Source: Rotaria socialis
Taxonomy: Eukaryota
NCBI GenBank assembly: GCA_905331295.1
Contig: CAJNYD010000584.1
Coordinates: 1 to 64,000, forward strand
Direction of reading: 5' to 3'
DNA: 64,000 bases
This document shows positions 1 through 10,236 of this stretch, piece by piece; position 1 is the first letter of the stretch, and each line of letters begins with the position of its first letter. The position numbers and the translations under genes are program-made. The notes under the pieces are model-generated. The model worked only from the letters and a program-made list of their open reading frames with translations. It did no database searches and had not been told where the DNA came from.

Positions 1-232
1 TTCCTTGAAGAAAAACGCTACTAAATATCTATTATCATTGACGACTCAGAGATTTTCGATCACAATCGGAGATAACCACAGGACAGGATATCCTGTCGTC
101 CTGGTGCTCTGTCCTGTCCTGCAGGGCAGGACGCAATTTTTATTTTGGTCCTGTACTGCCGCCCGTCAGGACAAGAAACTTACCAGGACAGGCCAGGGCA
201 GGGCGAAAGATCTCGTCCTGTGCACGTCTCTG
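1..232. mobile_element. Right end of a non-autonomous TIR element (hAT-like MITE); left end outside the window
   Basis: Dense CAGGAC/GTCCTG/CAGGGC subterminal motifs at ~78-220, ending ...GTCCTGTGCACGTCTCTG at 232. The reverse complement begins CAGAG, like the TSD-confirmed elements at 19262 and 24767. The TSD cannot be checked. Confidence 0.6.
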
Positions 233-733
233 ATACACACATATAAGACGACACGAAATAATGGCTTGATACACGTAGTAATTATGCAAAGTCATTATTA
301 AAATGATTCCCCGAAAACAAGCAGCGATTTCTGAGAACTTCGATGAATGAATAAATTTGTAGAAATCTTACAACCAAAAACTTTTAAATATATTCCTACA
401 TAATTATTTAAGTTTGATTTTCGACAAAAGATAGAATTAAAATACGCTTCATAGACAGAGAGAACTATATGCTATATGTATGATTGATCACATAATTACT
501 AGAGTATAATATTCTTTTAATATAACTTTTTCATTCATTTTTATCGAGTTTTTCCTTGTATTTATCACTGTCACATAAGAGACAATTTTCTTTCTATAGA
601 ATAATCTTCCAATAAATAGAAAAATTGCTTATTCTGAGGAATTTCTAAAAAGAATTTTACTCGAAACATTCGAAATTATTTCATATACTCGCTATACTCG
701 AGAGAGAAAGAGTAGTTCTTTTCTAATGATACT

Positions 734-1711
734 ATGACTTCAACGCGATCGAAAAAGAGAGAGAGATCTCCTTTTATTCTTACGTTTTCTCATCTAGTTA
801 ACATTCCTGCTAATGCTAAATGGACACAGAATGGTGTGACTATTGCTGGAGGTCACGGACAAGGGGGTGCCACTAATCAACTCAACTGGCCTCATGGTCT
901 CTTCGTTGATGATGATCAAACAGTGGTTATCGCTGACTACAATAATCATCGTATCATGCAATGGAAGAATGGTGATACAACGAATGGACAAGTTGTTGCT
1001 GGTGGTAATGGTGACGGAAATGGATTACATCAATTTGATCGTCCCACTGATGTCTTAATTGACAAAGAGACGGATAGTCTCATTATTTGTGATTTTGGGA
1101 ATCAACGAGTTGTACGGTGGTCTCGTCGTAGTGGTACCACACAAGGTGAAATACTCATCGATAACATCGGTTGTGTGGGATTAGCATTGGATGAGCAGAG
1201 ATATCTCTACGTCTCTAACTACGCAAAACATGAAGTAAGGCGATATAAATTCGGTGAGAAGAATGGCAATCTCGTAGCTGGTGGAAAAGGTAAAGGTGGT
1301 GGACTCAATCAACTCAACGACCCGGCATATCTCTTTGTCGATCGACAACAGAATGTTTACGTATCAGACGAACATAATGATCGTGTAATGAAATGGAATA
1401 AAGGTGCAAAAGAAGGTATTGCGGTCGCTGGACGACAAGGTCAAAGAAATGCTCTGACACGATTGTCTTATCCTAATGGACTCTTCGTTGATACGTTGGA
1501 TAGACTCTATGTAGCAGACATGGCGAATAATCGTGTAATGCGTTGGACTCAAGGAGACAAGAAACAAGGCACTGTAATTGTGGGTGGAAATGGTGAAGGA
1601 GCAGGAGCAAATCAGTTCTTCTACCCCAAAGGTTTGTCTTTCGATCGCCATGGTAATCTCTATGTCGCCGATTTGAATAATCATCGTGTTCAGCGATTTT
1701 CTATCGAATAA
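734..1711 (+). CDS. NHL-repeat beta-propeller protein (bdelloid-expanded type); probably the last exon, starting at 798
   Basis: Repeated NHL units (QLNWPHGLFVDDDQTVVIADYNNHRIMQW; FYPKGLSFDRHGNLYVADLNNHRVQRF) with VAGGNG linkers. A splice acceptor (ttctcatctag) ends at 797, so the first ~21 ORF codons may be intronic. Confidence 0.9.
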   Translation: MTSTRSKKRERSPFILTFSHLVNIPANAKWTQNGVTIAGGHGQGGATNQLNWPHGLFVDDDQTVVIADYNNHRIMQWKNGDTTNGQVVAGGNGDGNGLHQFDRPTDVLIDKETDSLIICDFGNQRVVRWSRRSGTTQGEILIDNIGCVGLALDEQRYLYVSNYAKHEVRRYKFGEKNGNLVAGGKGKGGGLNQLNDPAYLFVDRQQNVYVSDEHNDRVMKWNKGAKEGIAVAGRQGQRNALTRLSYPNGLFVDTLDRLYVADMANNRVMRWTQGDKKQGTVIVGGNGEGAGANQFFYPKGLSFDRHGNLYVADLNNHRVQRFSIE

Positions 1712-1879
1712 GACCCGTGAATTATTTTTCTTTGTTCGTTTCTTTTCCTATACTTTGAAATAAATGAACAGAAAAAAGCAATTTTCTTTTACCCTTTCAC
1801 TTCAACGAAAAGAAAAAAGCTAAATATAAAATTACATCACATGTTTCTATTCTTGTTCTTTTATTTATTTGTTAAATGA

Positions 1880-2330
1880 AAAGAAATGAATTAAATAAAA
1901 TAATTTGTATTATTTAAACAAAAATAAAATTTGAATTATTTTGAAAAATTTTAGTAGTAAAATAATTATTTTTAGTAGTAAAATAATTATTATTAGTAGT
2001 AACATAAATATATTTATTGTTGAATTGAAAATATTTATTATTTGAATGAAAATAAATTTGTATTATTTGGAAAATTTGTTAGCGGAATGAAAATAAAATT
2101 TGTTTCATTTTCACAAAATATTTTAGTCCTGACATGAAAATTTGAGTTATTTAAATAAAATATTTGAGATTTAAATGAAATGAAAATTTGAATGCTTTTG
2201 AAAATATTTATTGATAAAATAAAATAATTTATAAGCGAAGTGAAAGGAAAATTTTTTTGTTTTCACAAAATATGTATTGCTGAAATGAAAAGAAAAAATT
2301 TGAGTTATTTGAATAAAGTTTATTTCAAAA
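1880..2330. repeat. Degenerate AT-rich minisatellite
   Basis: Recurring variants of aaatgaaaataaatttg/tattattt and a 21-bp agtagtaaaataattatt(t/a)tt unit repeated at ~1953-2002. Confidence 0.6.
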
Positions 2331-5300
2331 ATAGAAAAAAAAACAAGTTACAGAAAAATTAAACAACACGAATGTAAAAATATATATATACTTACATTTG
2401 TGCCCATTTGGATTGAATTGTTGAATGGAACTAAAACATAAAAATAACAATTTATTTTATTTTGTTTTTTCGAATAAGATAAGTGAAATTACTTTGCTGT
2501 TGAAGTAATCGAGATGAACTAAAACGAAATAAGCAGAATTGAATTAATTGGAATGAAAAATTTTGCTTACCAGCTAATTGTTGCTCGCGCGACCAAGAAC
2601 TGCCTTGGTGGTGCCATAGAGAGGCAAGCCTCTTCACGCACAGACATAGAACTAGCGTGTATATCACATACCTCAGGAAGAACTATATAGCGGCCTGCAC
2701 GTGCTATTGGCACCAAAGTAATCTTGGCACTCCCCCGGTAGGACATAGGACGTAGGACACCCATCACCAATATATAATATTATATAAAAAAATATACTTA
2801 CATTTTACGTACAACTAAATTGGAGAAAAAAAGGATTAGCAGCTGAAACGAAAAAATTATTATTATTATTATATAAAATTAAAATATTAAACAATTGGGG
2901 TAAAAGGGTGAGGCAACGCAAAAAAAATGAAACTATACTTACTTGTGATGTTGATAATTGTATCGACGATTGCAAGCTAAAATAGTTAAAAAATAAAACA
3001 TACATATTATAATATTATAAGGGAAGAAGAAGAAGAAGAAAGGGGGAATGCTACTTTACCGTTGAAAATTGTGACTATTTTATAGCCACTTTTTGGGTGA
3101 ATCGACATATTCAATTGATATTAGCTATCAATTGAATATTCGATGATTGATCAACGTTGTGATAGTACTACAATTAGTAGTGATCATCGAGTTAAATCAA
3201 TTATGTTTTATCGAAACATATTGATGTACTCGAGACTAATTGATCGTTTGTGTTTCATCTGCATCTGTGCAGAATGAAACAGTCACAATCGCAATTGATC
3301 AAGAAACAAAAAGTAACATGACAGTCGATATAGTTTCGATTAAACTTTTTTCGTCTGTATTGAATATATTTATGAGTTCATTAAAAGTATTTCAAATTAG
3401 TAAGTTTATTTTTCAAATGACGAAAAAGAACACTTTTACAATTCATTATTGTTGATAGAAAAAAAAAGAAATCAATCTGAGCATGTCGAATAACGAATGA
3501 TACAAATTCAATTTTGACAATACAAAGTTTAATTTAAATAAACACAAAAATAGTTTTGTAATCTATCTCTGTTCAGAAGATGAATACAAACAAAAACACT
3601 CACACTCGTATTACAGTTATACAATATGTTTTTCATTAATGAAAATTACGCTTGTTTGAAAAGTTGAACAGGAAATATGATATTCACATAAAATTCCTTA
3701 CAAAAAAAAACTTATTGATAACTACAAGGTTAAAGAATAACTAATGTGAAAAAATTTGATTGTAAAAATCACCATCGAATGACAGTTCAATCAGTCGTCC
3801 GAAACAGGGTAGTATAGATGCACGAGTAGATTGTTGAATTATTCAGTGTCATTTAACATAGAAGAGACAAAACTATATGACATTAGTCTATCATTCTCAT
3901 GATCTGGATTTAAATCAATTAGTTGCTTTTCAATACTATCATTAAATTTAGCTATTTTTGTTTTCTCTTTAGGGTTTTTTTTTGGTAAATCTTCTTCAAA
4001 TTATTTTACTAAATCTAGACAATGTACATTAATTTTATCTTCCACAATATTATCCAAAAGATACTACTCTAGTTGAGAATTCGATACATTTGATGATTGA
4101 GAATACGTATGAACTTGCTATTGCATGTAATCACTAGCTCGTTCTTTTAAAATAAAACTCCTGTAAATGATTAATTAAATTGAAAAATCACTGAAACATA
4201 ATGAATCGATAATTTTACTAAATCTTACTGAAATATATTCATTGTTTTCTTGCAGTAGAAACTGTATTTACAGAACAATAGTAGGAATTGATAAAATGCT
4301 TTTCTTTTTATCATTATGTCTTAAAAATACGACAGAATAAGCTACAAGTTAAGTTTAGAGTATTGCTTTCAATAAACATATTTGACAATAATAACCAATA
4401 GTAGTCGATGTCATTTACTGTATATGAGATTGGTAGTGTTCTATGTTCCGCACTGAATTGAATTACGTATTGTAATATTGAGCATATGTTTCGTTCTAAC
4501 TGAACTCGATTGAAAAACAGTTGCTTGAATCTAAATTTTACAGTTATATTTTTAAACGAATCACGTTTCCAACTAAAAACAAAGCATGAAAAAACTATGT
4601 TCCCAGTGAGAGATAATGAAGCAAAAAAAGAACTTAACCTGAGTAAGCATGATAAACATATGATTCAGAGTACAAAAAGAAAACTATTCATAGAAAAATC
4701 AGTTGGATAACATGAAGAAATATTTATTCTAGCTATTATTTATTGAACAGGGTAATCAAAATTTATCGAGAAAAATTTTCGAGGAAATCGAGTAAAAATG
4801 AATGAATCGTTCACTAGATAAAGAAACGCATGTGATCTATGGACAATCGGGAAAAGAATCTATATGTAAGAAAATGAATCGTATTGGCTCAGTAATTAAG
4901 AGGGATTTTCTCGTATAAATAATACTGAAGAAAATTTATTGATTTTATTCAAACGATTATCGTTACATATTTCTCAGTTCTAGAGGTGCAAAGTGATTCA
5001 TTTTGAACAAAAGATGATTCGTGGAAGGATTTTAGTATTGTACACTTCAACAAAAATAGATAGGCAGTATACAGAGTATTTCAATTATGCATATCGTACT
5101 GCTAAAGAAATATCATTAACTGAAGCAATTCACATTTGTTATGGTTCTCTAGTACTGAGCATATTGGGGTAAATGGAATATGATTTTCAACAGCTACCAA
5201 TTTATGATATCCAATGGTTTCATCATTGAAATACGACGCAAATGAACACCAACGTCTAGTAGTCTAGAACAATGTTCGATATGTCTTTAACGGTTTGGCA

Positions 5301-5542
5301 TACTTAATAGTTCGATTATTTAATTTCTGCATCATTATTTTTCAATCATAATTACATGCTGAAAGACAAAATCGGAGTGATATATTAATTCACAATGTCA
5401 ATTAAATTTTTTTTTACTATAGGAAAGATAGAATGAGCATTCGCAATTTCATTGGTTTACTATCCTTAACTCAAGTGAGTTACATTTCTTTCGGTTTCTG
5501 TAAATGATCTATTGCCGTCTTTTATGAATGGACTCAAAAGAT

Positions 5543-5650
5543 TGCTTAATATAACCTTACCAAGAGGTAAATGTTCTCGACGGATCTTATACATGTTGCG
5601 ATGAAGCAAATGTGCAGGTTGATCGCAACATCGACTTGCCAGAGCAACAT
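5543..5650 (+). ncRNA. Spliced-leader (SL) RNA gene or diverged copy
   Basis: 5543-5566 TGCTTAATATAACCTTACCAAGAG aligns to the bdelloid SL exon as I recall it (GGCTTATTACAACTTACCAAGAG; last 10 nt identical). It is followed directly by a GT donor (GTAAAT, 5567), a perfect 10-bp stem (ATGTTGCGAT 5593-5602 / ATCGCAACAT 5622-5631) and a small terminal hairpin (TTGC-CAGA-GCAA 5636-5647). Confidence 0.75.
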
Positions 5651-6117
5651 TTTCATTTATAAATCAAAAAAAAAATTGTGAGAGATTATGTCGAATAGAA
5701 AAACATTCACGTGACAAAAAACTCGACTGCTGATGTGCACTGATGTATGAAGTTAATAGACCCAATGTTTCATTCACAAGAAGGAACGATAATGTGATTT
5801 TCTTACAACAAGACTTTTTATAATCACCAGAAAAAGAAAAAATGTCATTTGAGTTTTTCTGATCCTAAATCACGTACCATCGTACAGATAGTTTTAATCA
5901 ATCAACTTGTTGACTATAACCATCTAAATCTTTACAACGTCAAGCACTGATTAAACTACGTTGAGTATCTAGTGAAACAGTGCGTGCTATAGGAATTGAG
6001 GATTTTATTGACCATTCAATAATAATGACACGGATATATTTAGGTTGTGGATCAAGATAGTTAATGAGTTGATTAAGGTAAATGATCAAATAAAAAATTT
6101 CGTATGTTAATTCAAGC

Positions 6118-6474
6118 ATATATATGTCGTATCGAAGTTTCACCGGTCGACGAAGTTATAACTTCGACAGAGAAATTTGTCAAAGTTATTTTTAATTCAC
6201 TTATCAATAAATAATTTACCAAATTGAATATTCTGCTGCTGAATGTATGATAAAAACTGAAGTTTTTTTCTAGCAAATACTCATTTATTTAACGATATCG
6301 TTAAATAAATGAGTATTTGTTAGAAAAAACTTAATTTTTTATCATACATTCAGCATCAGAATATTCAATTTGGTAAATTATTTATTGATAAGTGAATTAA
6401 AAATAACGTTGACAAATTTCTCTGTCGAAGTTATAACTTCGTCGATCGGTGAAACTTCGATACGACATATATAT
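6118..6474. mobile_element. Spacer-less ~355-bp palindromic (foldback) element in a TA run
   Basis: Two ~178-bp arms, near-perfect reverse complements, centred on AACGAT|ATCGTT (6296/6297). Ends are TATA-TGTCGTATCGAAG ... CTTCGATACGACA-TATA. Confidence 0.85.
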
Positions 6475-6916
6475 ATACCTGCACATGAATTATTGGATGA
6501 TTAGAGTGTAATGTTTGAGTAACCGCTGTTTTATTAGAATAAATTCTCGAAATAGCTGTTTGGATAGATACGGAATAAGAATCAAAGTCATGCGTCATCT
6601 ATAATGCCACACTGAAAGTAAATAGCATGTTGTGTATTTAAATCTTTTAATATCCTCATAAGCATGATTTTGTTACTATCAAGAATTTTCTCACTATCAG
6701 TTGAAAGAACGACTACACGAGATTCATCATAAACATGTATTATTTGTAGTTCCACTGTAGCAAGTAAACCTAGGTCAGCAAATCCCAAAGGAGTGTTCTT
6801 TTGTAAAGCAAATTCACTCATTTGAATATCATCATCAGTATCTCTATGCAGAACCTAATATCTTGATTCAATGAACATTTATAAATAATATGAATACTTT
6901 TCTCCTCTAAACATTG

Positions 6917-7842
6917 CAGGGATTGGCAAGTCAAGCCTTTTCTCGAGTCGATTCAAATTATTTTGAGCAGGCTTTTTTCCATTTTATTAAATGCAAAAGG
7001 CCTTAACAACAATTTGTCATTCCACAATATCTATAAACAACTATTCCAGATTGAACAAAAAAAGATAATATTAAAATCAGCTCTTTTTTATACAGTTACA
7101 TATTACGTAAAAAAACTTTTTTTAAACAATAAGTTAATTTAAATCTTACAAAAAAAAAGGATTTATTTACACTCAAATTAATGTCTTATTGCACTTCAAA
7201 GATATTAAAATACAGATATTATTTTCTGTAAAACGCGAACGATTCGGTCTCTCATTAGAAGACCACTTCGAGAAAAGACACGTTCAACTGGTGCAGATGT
7301 AGCAGGCACATAATTTTTCTAGCAGACTTTTTAAGACAGGTATATGAAATTTCTCTTTTGAAAATGAGATCGCTAGTTAAATTTTCTTCTTGGAGAAAGT
7401 AATCAATCTCTTCTGAAGCTGAATTCGGAGTTAAGTTATCAACTTTTGGTTTTTTGTTTGAATCAAATTGTAACGTTGGAAATAAGCATTTTTTATTTTC
7501 ATAGATAAACACGTGCATCCTTCAAAATAATCCGAAACAAAACAAGGAGAAAAAAATTGCATTCAATACTCTATTAAGACGATCTTTTTCTGAGCATATA
7601 AATACATAGATATAGAAAAAACCTCTTGGAAATTCTTTCGAATGAAATATATTCGATTAGAACGAAAGTTGTGAACACATGCGTGCCTAATTTTATAAAA
7701 TGAAATTCTTTTTTAAAGAAAAATTAACTCTTTCGAATAAATGACTCGACTGACTCGAGTCAAACAGTCGAGTCATGGCTACTAAATTCTTGAGTCCGAG
7801 TCGAGTCCAAGTCATTCAAATAATGCGACTCGCCCATCCCTG
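6917..7842 (-). mobile_element. Internally deleted hAT transposon with transposase C-terminal (hATC dimerisation) remnant
   Basis: TIRs CAGGGATTGGCAAGTC / CAGGGATGGGCGAGTC (14/16); 8-bp TSD AAACATTG / AAATATTG (7/8); frameshifted minus-strand peptide ...ARKIM-PATSAPVERVFSRSGLLMR-PNRSR at ~7230-7330. Confidence 0.9.
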
Positions 7843-7940
7843 AAATATTGGCCTTCCATAAGTGATGTATAAGTGATGTACTAGTCTGAATTAAAAGAGT
7901 TTGAATTCACATTTCCTCCTCCACCATCTGAACGTCCACT

Positions 7941-8847
7941 CCCAGGTCGATCAATCCCACAATAGGATCTGATCGGAACCGGTCAGATCCCATCGGATTC
8001 CGATCGAATCCCATAGGATTTGATAAGGATCCTATAGGAAAACATCGAATTACCGGGTTGAGGAATCCGAGGGGAATCCGACTTCGATCTACGGGATCGG
8101 AATCCAATCACATTCTACAACTGGAACCACATCGGAAACAACCATCATTCAACTATCGGATCCCGGGTTCGGAATCCAATGCAATCTTACAGCGGAAAAC
8201 CCATCGAAAACAACCATCATCCAACTATTGGATTCCGCGGCGCCATCGACGATGCCAGATTCGGATTCGTGGACCTCGATAACCTATTACAAACTTACCT
8301 AAGAATTTAGCTCGGAGTTAAAATAAAAAATCTACCTTTAGAGCTTTTGACTCTGGGATGCGCCTATTTTCTGACCAATGAAAGCTCGCCGCGAAAAAGC
8401 GATTACATATTCGGGTTACTGGACCTCGATAACCTATAACAAAGTCTGTTAATTTTGAAAAATCTGTTTTATGTCTTGGTGGAAACGTTTAAGTCTTCAC
8501 TGTGTAGAATGTCGTTGAAACCGGTAAGAAGCACAAAGGATTTGAACGATAATTTGCCAAAAATGTTTGACTTTAAGTGCTGATGTGGGTCGAATTAGAT
8601 GCTATAAAAGAGCATGAAGTATGCAAGGGAAATCTAGAGATGGTCGTCGTATCCTATTGGAAATCGATTGAAACCCATAGTAGGAATGCTTACTGCTTCC
8701 GACAGTCGGATATCGGTGGGTGTTCGCAGGAATCCGACTTTCGGATCCGTTGTTGGGTTCCTCAACCCGGTAATCCGATAAAATCCTATAGGTTGGTAGG
8801 ATCCTATAAGATCCGATAGGATCCTGCGTCGGATTGAATGACCTGGG
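7941..8847. mobile_element. Non-autonomous TIR element with CCC termini (possibly CMC/EnSpm-type)
   Basis: TIRs CCCAGGTCGATCAATCC / CCCAGGTCATTCAATCC; GC-rich subterminal GGATCC/CCGAT/CCTATAGG motifs at both ends; no clean TSD, so the superfamily is uncertain. Confidence 0.75.
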
Positions 8848-9828
8848 AGCTGTTCACATTGTAGACAACTAACTAACTATCTAACATTTGATTGCATATT
8901 AGTATGTCATAGCTGCTTCAGCACGTCGATTTTGAATCAAATTTGTTGCACGTCGTAGAACTAAACAAAATCTAAGCAATTTTTCAACAGAACGAAAGAT
9001 AACTTGGCTCACGTATGACAGCATAATATTTAACACGCACTACTACTGCTACTGGTCTAGATAGAAAAGACAGAATGAATTTCACCTTGAAAGCATAGCC
9101 ATGTGAATAATTCCTAATGACTTCACAACCATTGTCTGTGCTAGACCAGAAATTTTCTTTGTAATAACTTAGGTCGTCGCCTAAAGTAAAAATGTGTCTA
9201 TTAAATCAAGGGGGAAGTAACTGATTTCAATAGCTGAAATCAATTTGAAATCACTTGAAATCACTTGAAATCACCTGAAATCATCTGAAATCACCTGAAA
9301 TCACAAGAAATAATTGATGTATGCAGCATTGCGGAAAAGACTAAAATTCAAGAAAATTTAAAATTTTCACAGAAACAATCTAGATTTCAGCTGTTTCTGT
9401 CAAATTCTTCACGGTAATTTGAAAACGTCAGGATTTTTATTTCTCCATCAATGTACACATAAACGTTTGAGGAATAGGAATATAAATGAGAGAAATAGGA
9501 AAGTGGGAGCTTCCAATTCCGCTTCGGTTGACTTTACTGCAGCAAGAACAATAAGTTAATAATTAATATATGGAACAGGTAGACCGGTCGATCTTTGAAA
9601 ATAGTTTATAGCGTATGCTTAGATGACATCGACCGGTGCATGGAGTCTTGCGGGCAGACCAGTCTATCAGTTCTATCTATCCCAAATACTAGTATAATAG
9701 AAGTGGTCATAATGAATTGAAAACAATTTTTGACTGATAGTAATAAGAAATAATAGCAATTTAATGGCAATATCCTTCAAGCATGTTACCAAACGTCAAT
9801 TAAATATTATCAATGGTTTTTGGGTGAA

Positions 9829-9891
9829 GGGTGTGGGTGTGGGTATCTGTGCGTAAAGAGAAGAGCCGTAGCCACACCCACACCCACCCCC
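9829..9891. repeat. Inverted pair of telomere-like (TGTGGG)n tracts
   Basis: GGGTGTGGGTGTGGGT (9829-9844), a 27-nt spacer, then CCACACCCACACCCACCCCC (9872-9891). TGTGGG is the Adineta vaga telomeric repeat. Confidence 0.65.
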
Positions 9892-10047
9892 TCAAGAAAG
9901 GGATAACAACATATCATCCATTAATCTATGGCACACGTCTACTTTGATCGGCGATCAGTGCTTGTGCTGTCTCTTTGTCTCGCTGTGATATCTATTATTC
10001 TCCTCTCTCTCGTTCTACACTGGATATACGTATAAAGAGTACACAAG

Positions 10048-10236
10048 TAGGACTATAACAGTTCGCAATTCAGTTCAGTTCAAACGAACTGTTCACACAG
10101 TTCAGTTCAGTTCAAACGAACTGTTCACACAGTTCAGTTCAGTTCAAACGAACTGTTCACACAGTTCAGTTCAGTTCAAACGAACTGTTCGAACAGTTCG
10201 CTTGAACTGAACTATTTCCGAACTGTTATAGTCCTA
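10048..10236. mobile_element. 189-bp hAT-like MITE with an internal 32-bp tandem array, nested in the 9207-12391 element
   Basis: Perfect 18-bp TIR TAGGACTATAACAGTTCG; TSD TACACAAG / TAGACAAG (7/8); about 4 copies of CAGTTCAGTTCAGTTCAAACGAACTGTTCACA with no spacers. Confidence 0.88.

Noticed and set aside
5..301. 98-aa ORF (also ORFs 7907-8107, 8058-8282, 8577-8819, 19217-19402, 20355-20537)
   Set aside because: These frames stay open because they cross GC-rich MITE subterminal repeats; no protein motifs.
3900..5300. Decayed coding-like fragments on both strands
   Set aside because: Exon-like composition but many stops and no family I can recognise; needs BLASTX.
10066..10190. CRISPR-like array of 32-bp partly palindromic repeats
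   Set aside because: Units are directly abutting with no unique spacers, lie inside TIRs with a TSD, have no cas genes nearby and sit in eukaryotic context.
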